The position numbers and the translations under genes were made by a program. The notes beneath the pieces were generated by a model, which saw nothing but the letters and a program-made list of their open reading frames with translations, was not told the origin of the DNA and did not search any database. A DNA stretch of 64,000 bases from a virus, in the IMG/VR virus record IMGVR_UViG_3300033047_000016; one strand, written 5' to 3'. Positions 35,965 to 45,410 of the stretch are shown here, one piece after another; position 1 is the first letter of the stretch, and each line of letters opens with the position of its first letter.

Positions 35965-36195
35965 GGTTACTCCTTATTAATTGGCTCTCGTGGCAGGATT
36001 AAACATACACTAAGAAAGGTTTCGAACCCTCTCGTTTCTTTGTCTCCACAAACTGAAATCACAAACCAAGCCGACAGCGCTGTCCGCACCGGATTCGTTT
36101 AAACGTTTGCTTCACCTGCGTCTTGCGGTAGACAACCGCCTGTCCTGATCGGACGACACGAAACTCGGAGCAATCCTCTGGATCACTCATAAACT

Positions 36196-36270
36196 TGGAG
36201 ACGCGAGGGGGAATCGAACCCACCTTAACTGATTTTGCAGACCAGCGCCTATCCATTCGGCATCCGCGTC
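36196..36270 (-). tRNA. trnC: tRNA-Cys(GCA)
   Basis: CT-GCA-AA, U73-CCA. Confidence 0.88.
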
Positions 36271-36289
36271 GTTGTGGTGCCTGCACCAC

Positions 36290-37135
36290 ATTAGTTTGTT
36301 AGGTAGGCTGTTTACTCTGAAACGCCCAGAAAGTCACGCACATTGGGTCCACTATCACTTGGCATACTTGCGGCTAGTTACTCTCCGACTTGATCTAGTA
36401 ACTCATACTTGCTGACGACGACCAACATGATCGCGGTATGGCGTTCGAGTTATATAGCGATAAGAAGGGTGAAGCACTGCGGCGTCGAGCCTCAGAGGAT
36501 GGGGTAGGTACGTTCCCCGCTGTTCTGTTACACACATAGTACGACACCCTATCACTGCTCCCCGGAGTCGAACCGGGGCACCATTTAGCCTCACGTTTTG
36601 CAAACGCTACGCAACAGTTGGGTTTTCTGTCTGGCCTGACTTCGACCCGGTTGGCCAACCTTAAGGTGTCGAACAATGTGTGTTTGAGGTGCTGGTTAGA
36701 CTTGATTATTGGGGTCCCCAACCCAACCACATATCCCCGTGGCAGGCGGGTGCGTTGTTAACGGTGCCAACCCATTTCCGCTGCATTACATAGACACCAT
36801 CCAACCACGGTCGATGTCGGTATATGCAGATGGCGCGGTGTGAGACACGCGCCAATTCTATTTCGTGTGGTCAATTAACGAGGACCATCTGTCTCGTGCC
36901 TTGATTATTGGACCAATACTTTCGTATCAGACATGTTCGGGACTTATTCGTTAAGGCGTATACGCCGTATTGTGTTAGGCCATGCCGCGCGACGGCTGTT
37001 TAACCCTGCCGGTCGCTCGCAGGGTACCACTATTATTTCACAGGCGGGCCTTCGTTCACGAAGCAGTGATCCCTCTATGGGGCTGAGCACATCTACCGAC
37101 GCACACCCGATCCTATTTTGGTGCAACGAAGTCAC
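36290..37135 (-). ncRNA. Unclassified large structured RNA region
   Basis: No credible ORF; long-range helices 37088-37100/36816-36828, 37099-37109/36747-36755 and 36662-36671/36542-36551; internal T-arm CCCGG-TTCGACT-CCGGG. Confidence 0.5.
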
Positions 37136-37271
37136 ACAATTTATTGGTGTCTCGGCGGGGAATCGAACCTCCGCAGCACGGGTAATTACTTCCCGCTCAT
37201 GCTCCCGTCCACTTCACTCTGCCTGTCAGCGACCGGTCGCTTCGGGCTTTGTTGCAGGGCTAGACAAACTT

Positions 37272-37348
37272 TGGTGGTACCAGTTGGGATCGAACCAACC
37301 TACTCTCGGATATGAGCCAAGCGCTTGAACCAACTCAGCTATGGTACC
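37272..37348 (-). tRNA. tRNA with CAT anticodon (Met/Ile2)
   Basis: CT-CAT-AT, GGTACCA/TGGTACC, CCA. Confidence 0.85.
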
Positions 37349-37382
37349 ATTATTCTACTATTCAGTACCGGAGGACTGAATA

Positions 37383-37457
37383 TGGTAGGGAGGGCAGGAT
37401 ATGAGCCTGCACACACTGGGTATGACCCCAGCCGCTATTCTTTTTGCGTACCTCCCC
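37383..37457 (-). tRNA. Atypical tRNA with CAT in a non-canonical loop
   Basis: GGGGAGG/CCTCCCT acceptor, A-rich D-loop without GG, T-loop CTCATAT, ACCA. Confidence 0.55.
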
Positions 37458-37682
37458 GTGAAACACCTTTAGAGCATGCCGTGACGATCCATCGACGTGC
37501 ACCCAAAACACGACTGGTTCATCTTCATAACTTTGACGTCATTCTAACCGGCGCGCGGAGGAACTGACAAACCGCTACCGAATCACGACACACACTAAAA
37601 ATGTTTCATAATGAGTTATAGGGAATTTTCCTATACCTCACTATACTTTGCTATACTCCAGCCGCAGGCGGCTAGAGGTTCA

Positions 37683-37758
37683 TGGTGAAACGGGAAGGAA
37701 TTGAACCTTCGTCTTCGGTTTTTCAAACCGATGTGAGCACCAGCCTCACCACCGTTTC
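37683..37758 (-). tRNA. trnF: tRNA-Phe(GAA)
   Basis: TT-GAA-AA, CCA. Confidence 0.88.
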
Positions 37759-38014
37759 ATTAACAACATGATTATCGAGCTTTCGCTCTACAAATTGACG
37801 TATTCCCATAAGATTGGTTAAAGTACACCGCTCGAATACGTTCAGAACCCATTGGTTGTCAGTCAGGCAACCGGAATAAAATAACGTGGTGCGCTGGCCT
37901 TTCAGCCTTGCCATCCTACGGTCTGGGTAACTGTTTCCCTTTCCGTATCTCTAACCTAGTGACTGTCGTTTAGATCGTCAAGAGGTATTTTCGAATTCTT
38001 GTAGAAAGTTTTTC

Positions 38015-38090
38015 TGGTGCACTCGGCAGGACTTGCACCTGCACCCCCCACCTCAAACGGCAGGTATACTTGTAGTTATACGACGAGTAC
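38015..38090 (-). tRNA. Atypical tRNA (6-nt anticodon loop GTTTGA; Gln/Lys-like or pseudo)
   Basis: GTACTCG/CGAGTGC acceptor, GTAT/ATAC D stem, T-loop TGCAAGT, ACCA. Confidence 0.55.
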
Positions 38091-38091
38091 T

Positions 38092-38165
38092 TGGTGTCAC
38101 CGATCAGATTCGATACTGATGTTTCTCACACTAAAGGCGAGTGTCCTGTCTTAGACGAAAGCGAC
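38092..38165 (-). tRNA. tRNA with TTA (ochre-reading) anticodon, Glu-like body
   Basis: GTCT/GGAC D stem, CTCGC-CTTTAGT-GTGAG, ATCAG/CTGAT T stem with 8-nt loop, ACCA. Confidence 0.68.
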
Positions 38166-38250
38166 ATGATTGTTCTTTTTGGTGTGAAGCCCCGTACCAC
38201 TGACGTGGTCAGTACCGGAGGGCTTTGCGTACGTCACTGTGTGACTTAAC

Positions 38251-38327
38251 TGGTAGGGCATACGGGATTTGAACCCGTGTCCTCCGCATTGAAAGTGCAG
38301 CGTCCTAGACCGCTAGACCAATGCCCC
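38251..38327 (-). tRNA. trnE: tRNA-Glu(TTC)
   Basis: Canonical, CT-TTC-AA. Confidence 0.92.
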
Positions 38328-38359
38328 GAAATGTTCGTGATTCGGAGCCTCAGTGTTCC

Positions 38360-38527
38360 TTAATGGACGAGTTGTTTCTTTGTAGAAACTGGACCATCAT
38401 TAGAACATTGAAGTTCCGAGGTGGTCTCTCGTTCATCGGCATCATCCGCAAACGGATACGGCAGATAAGGTCGCGCTGGCATTCCACCCATGGGGGAATT
38501 AAACATAATGGTTTTAGTAGTCGTCAT
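38360..38527 (-). CDS. Small hypothetical protein, 55 aa
   Basis: AGGAGGT RBS and upstream TTGACA..GAATC promoter. Confidence 0.5.
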   Translation of the reverse strand: MTTTKTIMFNSPMGGMPARPYLPYPFADDADERETTSELQCSNDGPVSTKKQLVH

Positions 38528-38631
38528 ATCATTCACCTCCTATGGTGGTTGGTTTGTAGGTTCTGTATACGCAGGTGATTCTGGTATGTCAAGAACTTTC
38601 TCGTGGTAAGGGTCAGAAACATTATCAAACA

Positions 38632-38931
38632 TCATTCTACGTATCCCTCTTTGCGGGCAACATCACGCCAACACGCAACCTTCTGCATTTTAGCCTTAAT
38701 GGCATCATGGTCCCGAGCAATGTTGATGTCTTCTTCGTCCCACAACATCTGGACGATTCCCAAGACATCATTAAATTCGGCGCTAACGCGCTCAAAATTG
38801 GATAGGGCATCGCCGTTCTGTCTGCCAAACACCCGATCCATTCCAAACTGCTGGGCCTTGATTGCGATCTGCGCCAGTTCCGACGCTTCTTCGGCAAGTT
38901 TACCAAGCAGGTATTGTTCATTCGTCAGCAT
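38632..38931 (-). CDS. MazG-like nucleotide pyrophosphohydrolase
   Basis: L.KLAEEASELAQ...KA..FG......N.ER...E..DV...V.ML. Confidence 0.7.
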   Translation of the reverse strand: MLTNEQYLLGKLAEEASELAQIAIKAQQFGMDRVFGRQNGDALSNFERVSAEFNDVLGIVQMLWDEEDINIARDHDAIKAKMQKVACWRDVARKEGYVE

Positions 38932-38932
38932 A

Positions 38933-39295
38933 TCAAATTACCCCAATCATGTATAAAGCAAAAGAACCGGCGGCGGCGAGCATCGTCAGTAGTAACAACA
39001 CGCCAGCCGCAAGAACATACCAGAACATGAACCTCTCAAATTTGGTAGGGTACTTGTGTGAGAAAGGCGTCGCTTCGGCAGACCGAAGTAGTGCTCCTTC
39101 AGGGGGATCAAACAAAACCTCCGGGCGGGTCACGTCAACCGTGACATACTCTCCGCCATCAATCCTAATGGTTTCTTCCCGCATGGGTTGATCGCGCATG
39201 TAATCCCAGCCATTCATGTCAGCGCCCACGCCGTGATAGCAACAATAGTTGCGACGATCAGTGTCGCCTTCGTTGCCGCGCGGATCATTCCCCAT
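38933..39295 (-). CDS. Membrane-anchored hypothetical protein
   Basis: C-terminal TM helix; start uncertain. Confidence 0.5.
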   Translation of the reverse strand: MGNDPRGNEGDTDRRNYCCYHGVGADMNGWDYMRDQPMREETIRIDGGEYVTVDVTRPEVLFDPPEGALLRSAEATPFSHKYPTKFERFMFWYVLAAGVLLLLTMLAAAGSFALYMIGVI

Positions 39296-39450
39296 GTATC
39301 AACATCTTTGTTTAATGGCATGTCTGGTCCTCCTGTTATTGGTGGTGCGCGTTAGCGCTGGCGCTATTTTCGCTTTGTGGTGATCGTCGTCTTCAACGAT
39401 GAAGTCGATCCACCCTACAATGTCTTGGTCTTCTGCGGCAACCGCTGGCA

Positions 39451-39636
39451 TCAATCGGCCTCGTATTCGAATAGGTCGTTGTCCTCAAACTCCACCCCCA
39501 TGAACGTCCCTCCCTCTATTGGGTTGTCGATGTAGTATACCCGCATGATGCCATCGACGCCGTACGCCTTTCGCACCGCATTCTTTACGATGTTGTTGAC
39601 GTCATTCTCTGTGAGACTGATACGTATTTGGGTCAT
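39451..39636 (-). CDS. Small hypothetical protein
   Basis: 61 aa, AAGGAG RBS. Confidence 0.6.
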   Translation of the reverse strand: MTQIRISLTENDVNNIVKNAVRKAYGVDGIMRVYYIDNPIEGGTFMGVEFEDNDLFEYEAD

Positions 39637-39867
39637 GGGTTGATTGGCTCCTTGTGTAGATGGTACGCGTTAGCGTTAATTGCCGAGCATCGCACCCAAG
39701 ATTCCTGCAATGATCAGTGCTATAATACTGAATGCTCCTGCGCCTGCTGCAAATGCTCCTGCGCCTGCTGCAAATGCAAAACCGATCTTGAACACAGCCC
39801 AAAAAGTAAGTCCTGTCAACATGATATTCTCCTTATTTTTATTTCGTTGAGTTATCGTGTAGGACCG

Positions 39868-40293
39868 TTAGGTCCACATGTCAATGATTCTTTTCAACCT
39901 ATTCTCTGCGAGCTTCCAATCTTTACGTAATACAGCATCGTGCGCCCAAAGTATCTCATGTTTTGCTGGTGACCCACCATCAGCCAAGTCAGACGGTTGC
40001 GCGTCAGCGCCTGCCTGTGGTGCTTTAGGCTTTTCAATTACCACTTCAGCTTCGGTTGGTACTGCCGTGGCTCTCCCAAAATCTACGATTTCGTCAGACT
40101 TCGTTGCCACCCCGAATGCGGCTGCAACCGAGTCTACACCCACCTGTAATTCTGCGATCAACGCGCGCCGCGCGTTCTCATCCGATTCATACCCAGCCCC
40201 AGCGAGGTTTTGTAGCAACAACATGGCGTGTGTTATTTTTGGGACCCGCATATCCCGCAGTCTATCAAATTTTTCACGTTTTGTTTCCGTCAT
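39868..40293 (-). CDS. Hypothetical protein
   Basis: 141 aa, AAGGAG RBS; ETKREKF.RL...RV N-terminus. Confidence 0.7.
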   Translation of the reverse strand: MTETKREKFDRLRDMRVPKITHAMLLLQNLAGAGYESDENARRALIAELQVGVDSVAAAFGVATKSDEIVDFGRATAVPTEAEVVIEKPKAPQAGADAQPSDLADGGSPAKHEILWAHDAVLRKDWKLAENRLKRIIDMWT

Positions 40294-41560
40294 GTTTTGC
40301 TCCTTTTGCTTGATTTATAAGTGCCGGTATCGCTCGCAGATTCCACGGAACATGTAGCCCACAGACATCTTTCCCCCGCAATGGCACTTCATGATCGACA
40401 TGATACTGTATGCCCGTCTCTTTTGTCTTCCTTCTGGCACGAAAATATACAGCGTTCATATCGTCCCATTGTTCGGAAGTCAACCATTCAGGTGTGGCCT
40501 TCTCTAATTGCCGCTTATACCTAAGTTTTTTGGCTTTCACCTTTGCCGGATTATTCTGGCTCCACGCTCGATCACGTGCCCGGTGTACGTCTATATTCTT
40601 AGTGCGTGAGGCTTTGGAGTAGGCGCAGCACTTCTTTCTGTATTCGGGATCAGATTCAAACTGCAATTTATGGTGACGCTTTTTCATTATTGCTACGCAG
40701 TACGGACATTTTGAAGAAGACAGCGTAAACTTTCGTATCTTTGGATGTCCTTTATTACAGGACTTATCTGATTGATGAAACCGTGATCCACATAATTTAG
40801 CAGCCATTCTGGTCCTTGGAAGATCGTCCAATCGGTTGTTATCCACAATCTCTTTAGCAGACATCTTGTTCAGTTCTTCAATATGTTCAGTGACTCTATT
40901 GGCTTCTTCTTGTGAGACCGCGTCAGCGGTTGCCCACACTTTGTATGTGTACATTTTTGTATTTTTTTTACCGGATGCCACTCGCCATAGAGTTCCATCT
41001 TCCTTCTTAAATATTGGTAGATCATAGTAAAGCGCGCGTGAGCGTGAAGACGGAAACCAAATACTATCATCATGACATTCTGTCCACAGTTCAGCGTAAG
41101 CTGTTTTTACCATATCTGCGTGTTTTGCTAAGTGCTCTTCTCGTTCTTTAAGTTTTTTCTCTGCACGTAATTTTTGATTTTTCTTGCGTTGAACCTTAAG
41201 TGGCCCAGAGCGCTTTTTTGTTGTTGTTTTAATTTCTATAGCGCGACACATCACACAAGACGTGTAAACCTTCCCGCACGGTGCTGGATTTACTGACGTT
41301 ATCATCCTCAATGGTGAATGGCCATGTTTGCACGGTTTTGTTGAATAATACCGGACACCTAGATTATACGCCACACGTTCATTGTGTGGAAGTATTTTTA
41401 TATTTGTGACACCCCGCATTTCTTCTATAGACAGATTTGTTATAGTGATCAACTGGTGTTGTATTTGGGCACACCTATCATATTCTAAGGTATGGTCTCC
41501 GCTTCTACAAATCAGCGGTACAGTTGTGCTGGGGATAAACATAAAATATGCGTAGAGCAT
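40274..41560 (-). CDS. HNH homing endonuclease with tandem zinc-binding repeats
   Basis: KPCKHGH / KSCNKGH repeats; ATP.WLT...[20 protein letters not shown]. Confidence 0.88.
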   Translation of the reverse strand: MLYAYFMFIPSTTVPLICRSGDHTLEYDRCAQIQHQLITITNLSIEEMRGVTNIKILPHNERVAYNLGVRYYSTKPCKHGHSPLRMITSVNPAPCGKVYTSCVMCRAIEIKTTTKKRSGPLKVQRKKNQKLRAEKKLKEREEHLAKHADMVKTAYAELWTECHDDSIWFPSSRSRALYYDLPIFKKEDGTLWRVASGKKNTKMYTYKVWATADAVSQEEANRVTEHIEELNKMSAKEIVDNNRLDDLPRTRMAAKLCGSRFHQSDKSCNKGHPKIRKFTLSSSKCPYCVAIMKKRHHKLQFESDPEYRKKCCAYSKASRTKNIDVHRARDRAWSQNNPAKVKAKKLRYKRQLEKATPEWLTSEQWDDMNAVYFRARRKTKETGIQYHVDHEVPLRGKDVCGLHVPWNLRAIPALINQAKGAKHDGNKT

Positions 41561-41849
41561 TAACTATCCAATGTCAAGGCACATATGAATATTACCCTAA
41601 GCTAAATACATTATCAAAATTTGAATCTAAAATTTTACCTAAAATAATTGTGCTCGCTTTTTTTACTACTTTATTTCAGGTCCTTTTCCACTAACTGTGC
41701 CCCAACTTTGCACTTAACACACACCCAGTTACTGTGGCGAATTGCTGGCCCCGGTGGGTACCCCACCTTGGGTCCCGCCATGTTGCATATATGTAACAGT
41801 GACCTTTTTGTCGATGTTGAGAGGCTTTCACCTCTCAACACCTTGACAT

Positions 41850-42089
41850 TCATTCGCATTCAATGAGCGAGTCAGTCACGTAATCCATGTGATTCGTTTC
41901 AATATAATCAATGAGGCGGGCGCTGATAGGCTTGCCTGTGACTGGGTGGGTGTAGGCCACGCTGTCCACGTCCGACCATGTAGGCTCATCGCTACCGTGT
42001 GAGTTGCTGCCACCGTGGGTTACATCAGCCTCAGCAACAACGTCGAAGGTGCAGCCCTTGGTCTCGAATGTGAGTGTGGTGTGTGTCAT
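41850..42089 (-). CDS. Small early hypothetical protein
   Basis: Follows repeated early promoter at 42124-42152. Confidence 0.65.
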   Translation of the reverse strand: MTHTTLTFETKGCTFDVVAEADVTHGGSNSHGSDEPTWSDVDSVAYTHPVTGKPISARLIDYIETNHMDYVTDSLIECE

Positions 42090-42280
42090 GTGCTCAGTCC
42101 CTTGTGTGTGTGTCTATACATTCAATATAGGGATGGGGTAGGTGATTCGCAACCCCTAATATGCACATTATGCTAAATACTTGCATTCGCTGCCCTGCCT
42201 TATATGCGGGCCATACAGGGCGGGTTGCCTGTGGCATGGGTGGCAGGCCATGGGGCAGGGCTTGGCCCTGCCCTGCGCTC

Positions 42281-42556
42281 TCAGCCTTCCCGGCGTAGGT
42301 GGTAAAGATAATCGCCGAGTCCGTCCTGTGCGTCCTGCGCTGCGCTCTCCTTACCTTTCAACCACGTGTCAATCATGGCCTGTACTTCCAGCCCATCAAT
42401 GTCATAGTATCCCGCCCAGCGGTCACCCTCTGCGCACCATGCCTGAAACTCTTCATATAACGCATCTGGCATGTCCCCCATTGTTTCATGATCACAAACA
42501 AAGAGTTCGATTGTTTCGGCTGCTACCTGTGCGTCTGTGGGGATGATGTGGCTCAT
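42281..42556 (-). CDS. Small acidic early protein
   Basis: AAGGAA RBS behind early promoter. Confidence 0.65.
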   Translation of the reverse strand: MSHIIPTDAQVAAETIELFVCDHETMGDMPDALYEEFQAWCAEGDRWAGYYDIDGLEVQAMIDTWLKGKESAAQDAQDGLGDYLYHLRREG

Positions 42557-42653
42557 GGGATAGTTCCTTGTGTGGGTGTGTCTCTCTATACCCTCAATCT
42601 AAGGGTTGCGAGGATGATTCGCAACCCCTAATATGCACATTCTGCTGAATACT

Positions 42654-43040
42654 TTAAGGGATGGCCCAAACAACCGGCGGCTGGCCTTCATTGGCAAGCA
42701 TGATCAGGCTCGCCACAGTGGCCACAGGCGCGCCTGTATCCTTGCGATAGAAGTGACCCGCCTTGTATGGGTTATAAGCCACTAGAACGGCGCTGTGCAG
42801 GCGCTCAACAAAAGCTGTCCAGCCTGTCACATCGTCGCTGATTATACCATGGTCTATGCGCGCAAAGGCGTGCACATTCTTGCGCCCTTCTTTGACCACG
42901 CGCAACCGGCCCGATTCTCGCACAACCATAGCCGCGCCATGGCTGGCAATCACAACCCTTGCATGCGCTGTCACGCGCCCCGTTTTACGCGATCTGCAAG
43001 ACCACACTTTCTTGTGTAGGTTGTAGTACACATCGGCCAT
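42654..43040 (-). CDS. Conserved phage early protein (VYYNLHK..WS...V.E.GR.RV..E..KNVHA...YNPYK)
   Basis: Recognisable conserved phage motif set. Confidence 0.75.
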   Translation of the reverse strand: MADVYYNLHKKVWSCRSRKTGRVTAHARVVIASHGAAMVVRESGRLRVVKEGRKNVHAFARIDHGIISDDVTGWTAFVERLHSAVLVAYNPYKAGHFYRKDTGAPVATVASLIMLANEGQPPVVWAIP

Positions 43041-43279
43041 TATGAGCGAGTCCATTATGCCAACCCTTTGGTGCAAAGGGCGGCAAGGGTCGCAACCGCG
43101 AACACATAGAAGGCGGCTGGGTATACCTGCGCCAGTACCTGCGCCTGCTGCAAGATGTCGGGGTTTGCTGTAATGAATTCCATTATCTCAGTTCCTTGTT
43201 TAGCGTTTCGTTAAATTCAGAATAAGGGGTAAGGCGATTCGGGTCAACCCATAAAATGCACATTCTGCTAAATTCTTTT

Positions 43280-43414
43280 GTTCCCCATTTGTTCTCTGCG
43301 TTTTCTCTTTGTTCACCTTTTGTTCTCCTTTTGTTCTTTAGATTGGGAACAAAAGGTGAACAAAGGGGGAACAAAAGGTGAACGGCGAGAACAAAACGTG
43401 AACAAAGGGTGAAC
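43280..43414. repeat. Palindromic array of alphaproteobacterial LexA (SOS) boxes: 3x GTTC-N7-GTTC then 5x GAAC-N7-GAAC
   Basis: GTTC at 43280, 43291, 43311, 43322, 43333; GAAC at 43347, 43358, 43369, 43380, 43389, 43400, 43411. Confidence 0.8.
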
Positions 43415-43456
43415 ACGCCAGACAAAGGAAATTGGCGGGTTTCCCCGCCTTTTTCC

Positions 43457-43669
43457 TTATATGTCTTTTAAGCGGCTGTCATATCCCGTTGGGCCTTCCT
43501 GCCAAGCGATCATCCGGGCTTTTGCCTCAGTGCTTCCAGTATCGGCGCGGATCAAGCTAACGTGTGCGTCAAAGTCATTTCCGCTTGCTTTTGCTTTAAG
43601 AAAGTTTTGAAAGTGCATTGCGTCTTGTGCGTCGCGGTTGGTGGCGGTTGTGAGAATGATGCGGTTCAT
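43457..43669 (-). CDS. Small early hypothetical protein
   Basis: RBS and early promoter upstream. Confidence 0.65.
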   Translation of the reverse strand: MNRIILTTATNRDAQDAMHFQNFLKAKASGNDFDAHVSLIRADTGSTEAKARMIAWQEGPTGYDSRLKDI

Positions 43670-43752
43670 GTTGCTATTCCTTGTTTAGCGTTTCTGATAA
43701 CCCTTTCTTGCATAGCCGGTGATTCTGGTCAACCCATAAAATGCACATTCTG

Positions 43753-43989
43753 CTAAATTCTTTTGTTGAGGCGACTCCATCTGATATTGTCCCGGATATT
43801 GGCGGCGCGGCGGCTGGCGAGCCAATACACCGCCAGTGCAAGGCCGCAGGCGACGGTTGCCGCCAATGCGGCGCTAACCCCTATCAGGGCCGCGCAGGGC
43901 AGGTCTATCCCCATGCTCTCGACTATGGCAAGCAAGGCCAGATCAGTTTCATAAAAAGGCGCGGTTGGGGTTGTGCAAGCTGTATACAT
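43753..43989 (-). CDS. Small membrane protein
   Basis: TM helix. Confidence 0.55.
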   Translation of the reverse strand: MYTACTTPTAPFYETDLALLAIVESMGIDLPCAALIGVSAALAATVACGLALAVYWLASRRAANIRDNIRWSRLNKRI

Positions 43990-44302
43990 GATTCAGCCCT
44001 TTCCATTTGTGCGGCTGGCAATGATAGAGGCGAACGATTCGCCGTCCATGGCACGGGCCAATTCAGCGGGGTTGCGCGGTGTCAGTATTTCGACGCTCTC
44101 AGTGATTTCGATTTCTTTGGCCATTGTCTCAGTTCCTTGTTTTGTTTCAGTCCGGGCGGGCCGCTTTACCCCGCCCCGGTTCTTCCCCTTGTGCAGTCCG
44201 CCGGGGTAGCGGCTGGCGGGTTCTAATCCGCTCTATACCCTCAATCTACAGGCAAGGATGATTCGGGTCAACCCATAAAATGCACATTCTGCTAAATTCT
44301 TT

Positions 44303-44598
44303 TTAAACGTCGATTGCGTGGGTGTTGCTGATAACAACCGCAAATTCTTTGGGTTCATTTGCCGCCAGCCATGTCAGGGCATCAAGGTGATTCTTGCTAC
44401 CCTCTTGCGCCCTCTTGATCACAAAGGCGTGGGCCATAGGATCGCCGGAAAACTGGGCGCTTTCATCGTGCCGCTCCAAGCGCCACGTTGTCCCATCCGG
44501 GTTGCCGCTTGCGTCGCTGATAAACCATCCCTCACTAAGCGCCGATTCATAATCATAGTTTTTTGACGGGTCCGCGCGATATTCCTTTGGGCCGCTCA
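44303..44598 (-). CDS. Small early hypothetical protein (MSGPKEY...)
   Basis: RBS AAGGAA; coupled to upstream ORF. Confidence 0.6.
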
Positions 44599-44824
44599 TG
44601 GCTTCATTCCTTTCATAGTTTGCGCCACAGTGTCGGCAAGGTCCAGAGTGAACCCGGAAACAAAATTGGTTGCCAGAGGGGAAACAAACATTACGAACAG
44701 GGTAATGACCATTATGGGGAAGAGATATTTCATTGTCGCGTTCCTTGTTTTGCGTTTCTGATAACCCTTTCTTGCATAGCTGGTGATTCGGGTCAAGCCC
44801 TAAAATGCACATTCCGCTAAACTT

Positions 44825-45065
44825 TTACATTCCCTCCAAATCTCGCATAATCTCGGCATCGGTTGGCGCTTTCCAGTTCAGGATTTTCCCGGTTACAACG
44901 TCAATTTCCAGAATGACATAATCCCCATAGTGTTGCCCCGGCATAAAGCTGGGCACGTATCCGTCACCGGCTTGGATAGTATCCCCCGATTCGTTGGTCG
45001 CAACCGCGTTGCAAAGGTCGCTACACTTGGCAGTGATTTCGATCACAGTGATTTTCCGTTTCATA
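44825..45065 (-). CDS. Conserved phage early protein (AKCSD...DGYVP.FMPG.HYGDY..L.ID..TG.ILNW)
   Basis: Recognisable conserved motif. Confidence 0.7.
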
Positions 45066-45263
45066 TTAGAATTCCTCGCCTTGGTCTTGCTCACATGAAA
45101 GCCAGCCCTCGCCCATCAGGGCATAAGCCGGAGTCAACTCTTCAAGCAATTCGACGCAATCGCTACCGGTCAAATTTGTGTCCAGCGCGTAAACGTAATT
45201 CCCGCCTTGCCCCTCAAGATCACCGCTTTGAATGAACAGTGTGAAAAAAAGTGCAAACTTCAT
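45066..45263 (-). CDS. Small hypothetical protein
   Basis: 65 aa, RBS AAAGG. Confidence 0.55.
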   Translation of the reverse strand: MKFALFFTLFIQSGDLEGQGGNYVYALDTNLTGSDCVELLEELTPAYALMGEGWLSCEQDQGEEF

Positions 45264-45410
45264 TTTGTGGCCTTTCCGGCGGGGGTTTTCCCCGCCTTTG
45301 TTTGGGTGGTGCCCCTCGCCTTTACCGGGGTCCGCGTTCTCTTTTGATAACCCTTTCTCGCATGATTCGCGGCATGTGTCAACAAGAAATACACATGCCG
45401 CTAAACTATG

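Larger units (their letters stand above)
42124..44821 (-). promoter_or_regulatory. Family of six near-identical early sigma70-type promoters (TTTAGCAGAATGTGCAT-N8-TTGACC/TTGCGA-GAATC...-10)
   Basis: Upstream motif at 42161, 42633, 43256, 43741, 44280 and 44805; e.g. TTGACC-cgaatcatccttgcctg-TAGATT with 17-bp spacer. Confidence 0.8.

Noticed and set aside
35982-36066. Additional functional tRNA (CGA/TTC-like loop, ends GCCA)
   Set aside because: Acceptor and T stems pair poorly; at most a degenerate remnant overlapping the copy-B ncRNA.
36290-37135. RNase P, SRP or 6S RNA
   Set aside because: No GAGGAAAGUCC / ACAGAA..CGGCUUA pair, no CAGG..GGAA..AGCAG SRP loop, and not a single 180-nt rod.
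15666-38578. ORFs overlapping tRNA, tmRNA and GOLLD-like genes (e.g. 16336-16647, 21822-22085, 26299-26721, 32444-32698)
   Set aside because: Explained by RNA genes; translations are tRNA-sequence artefacts.
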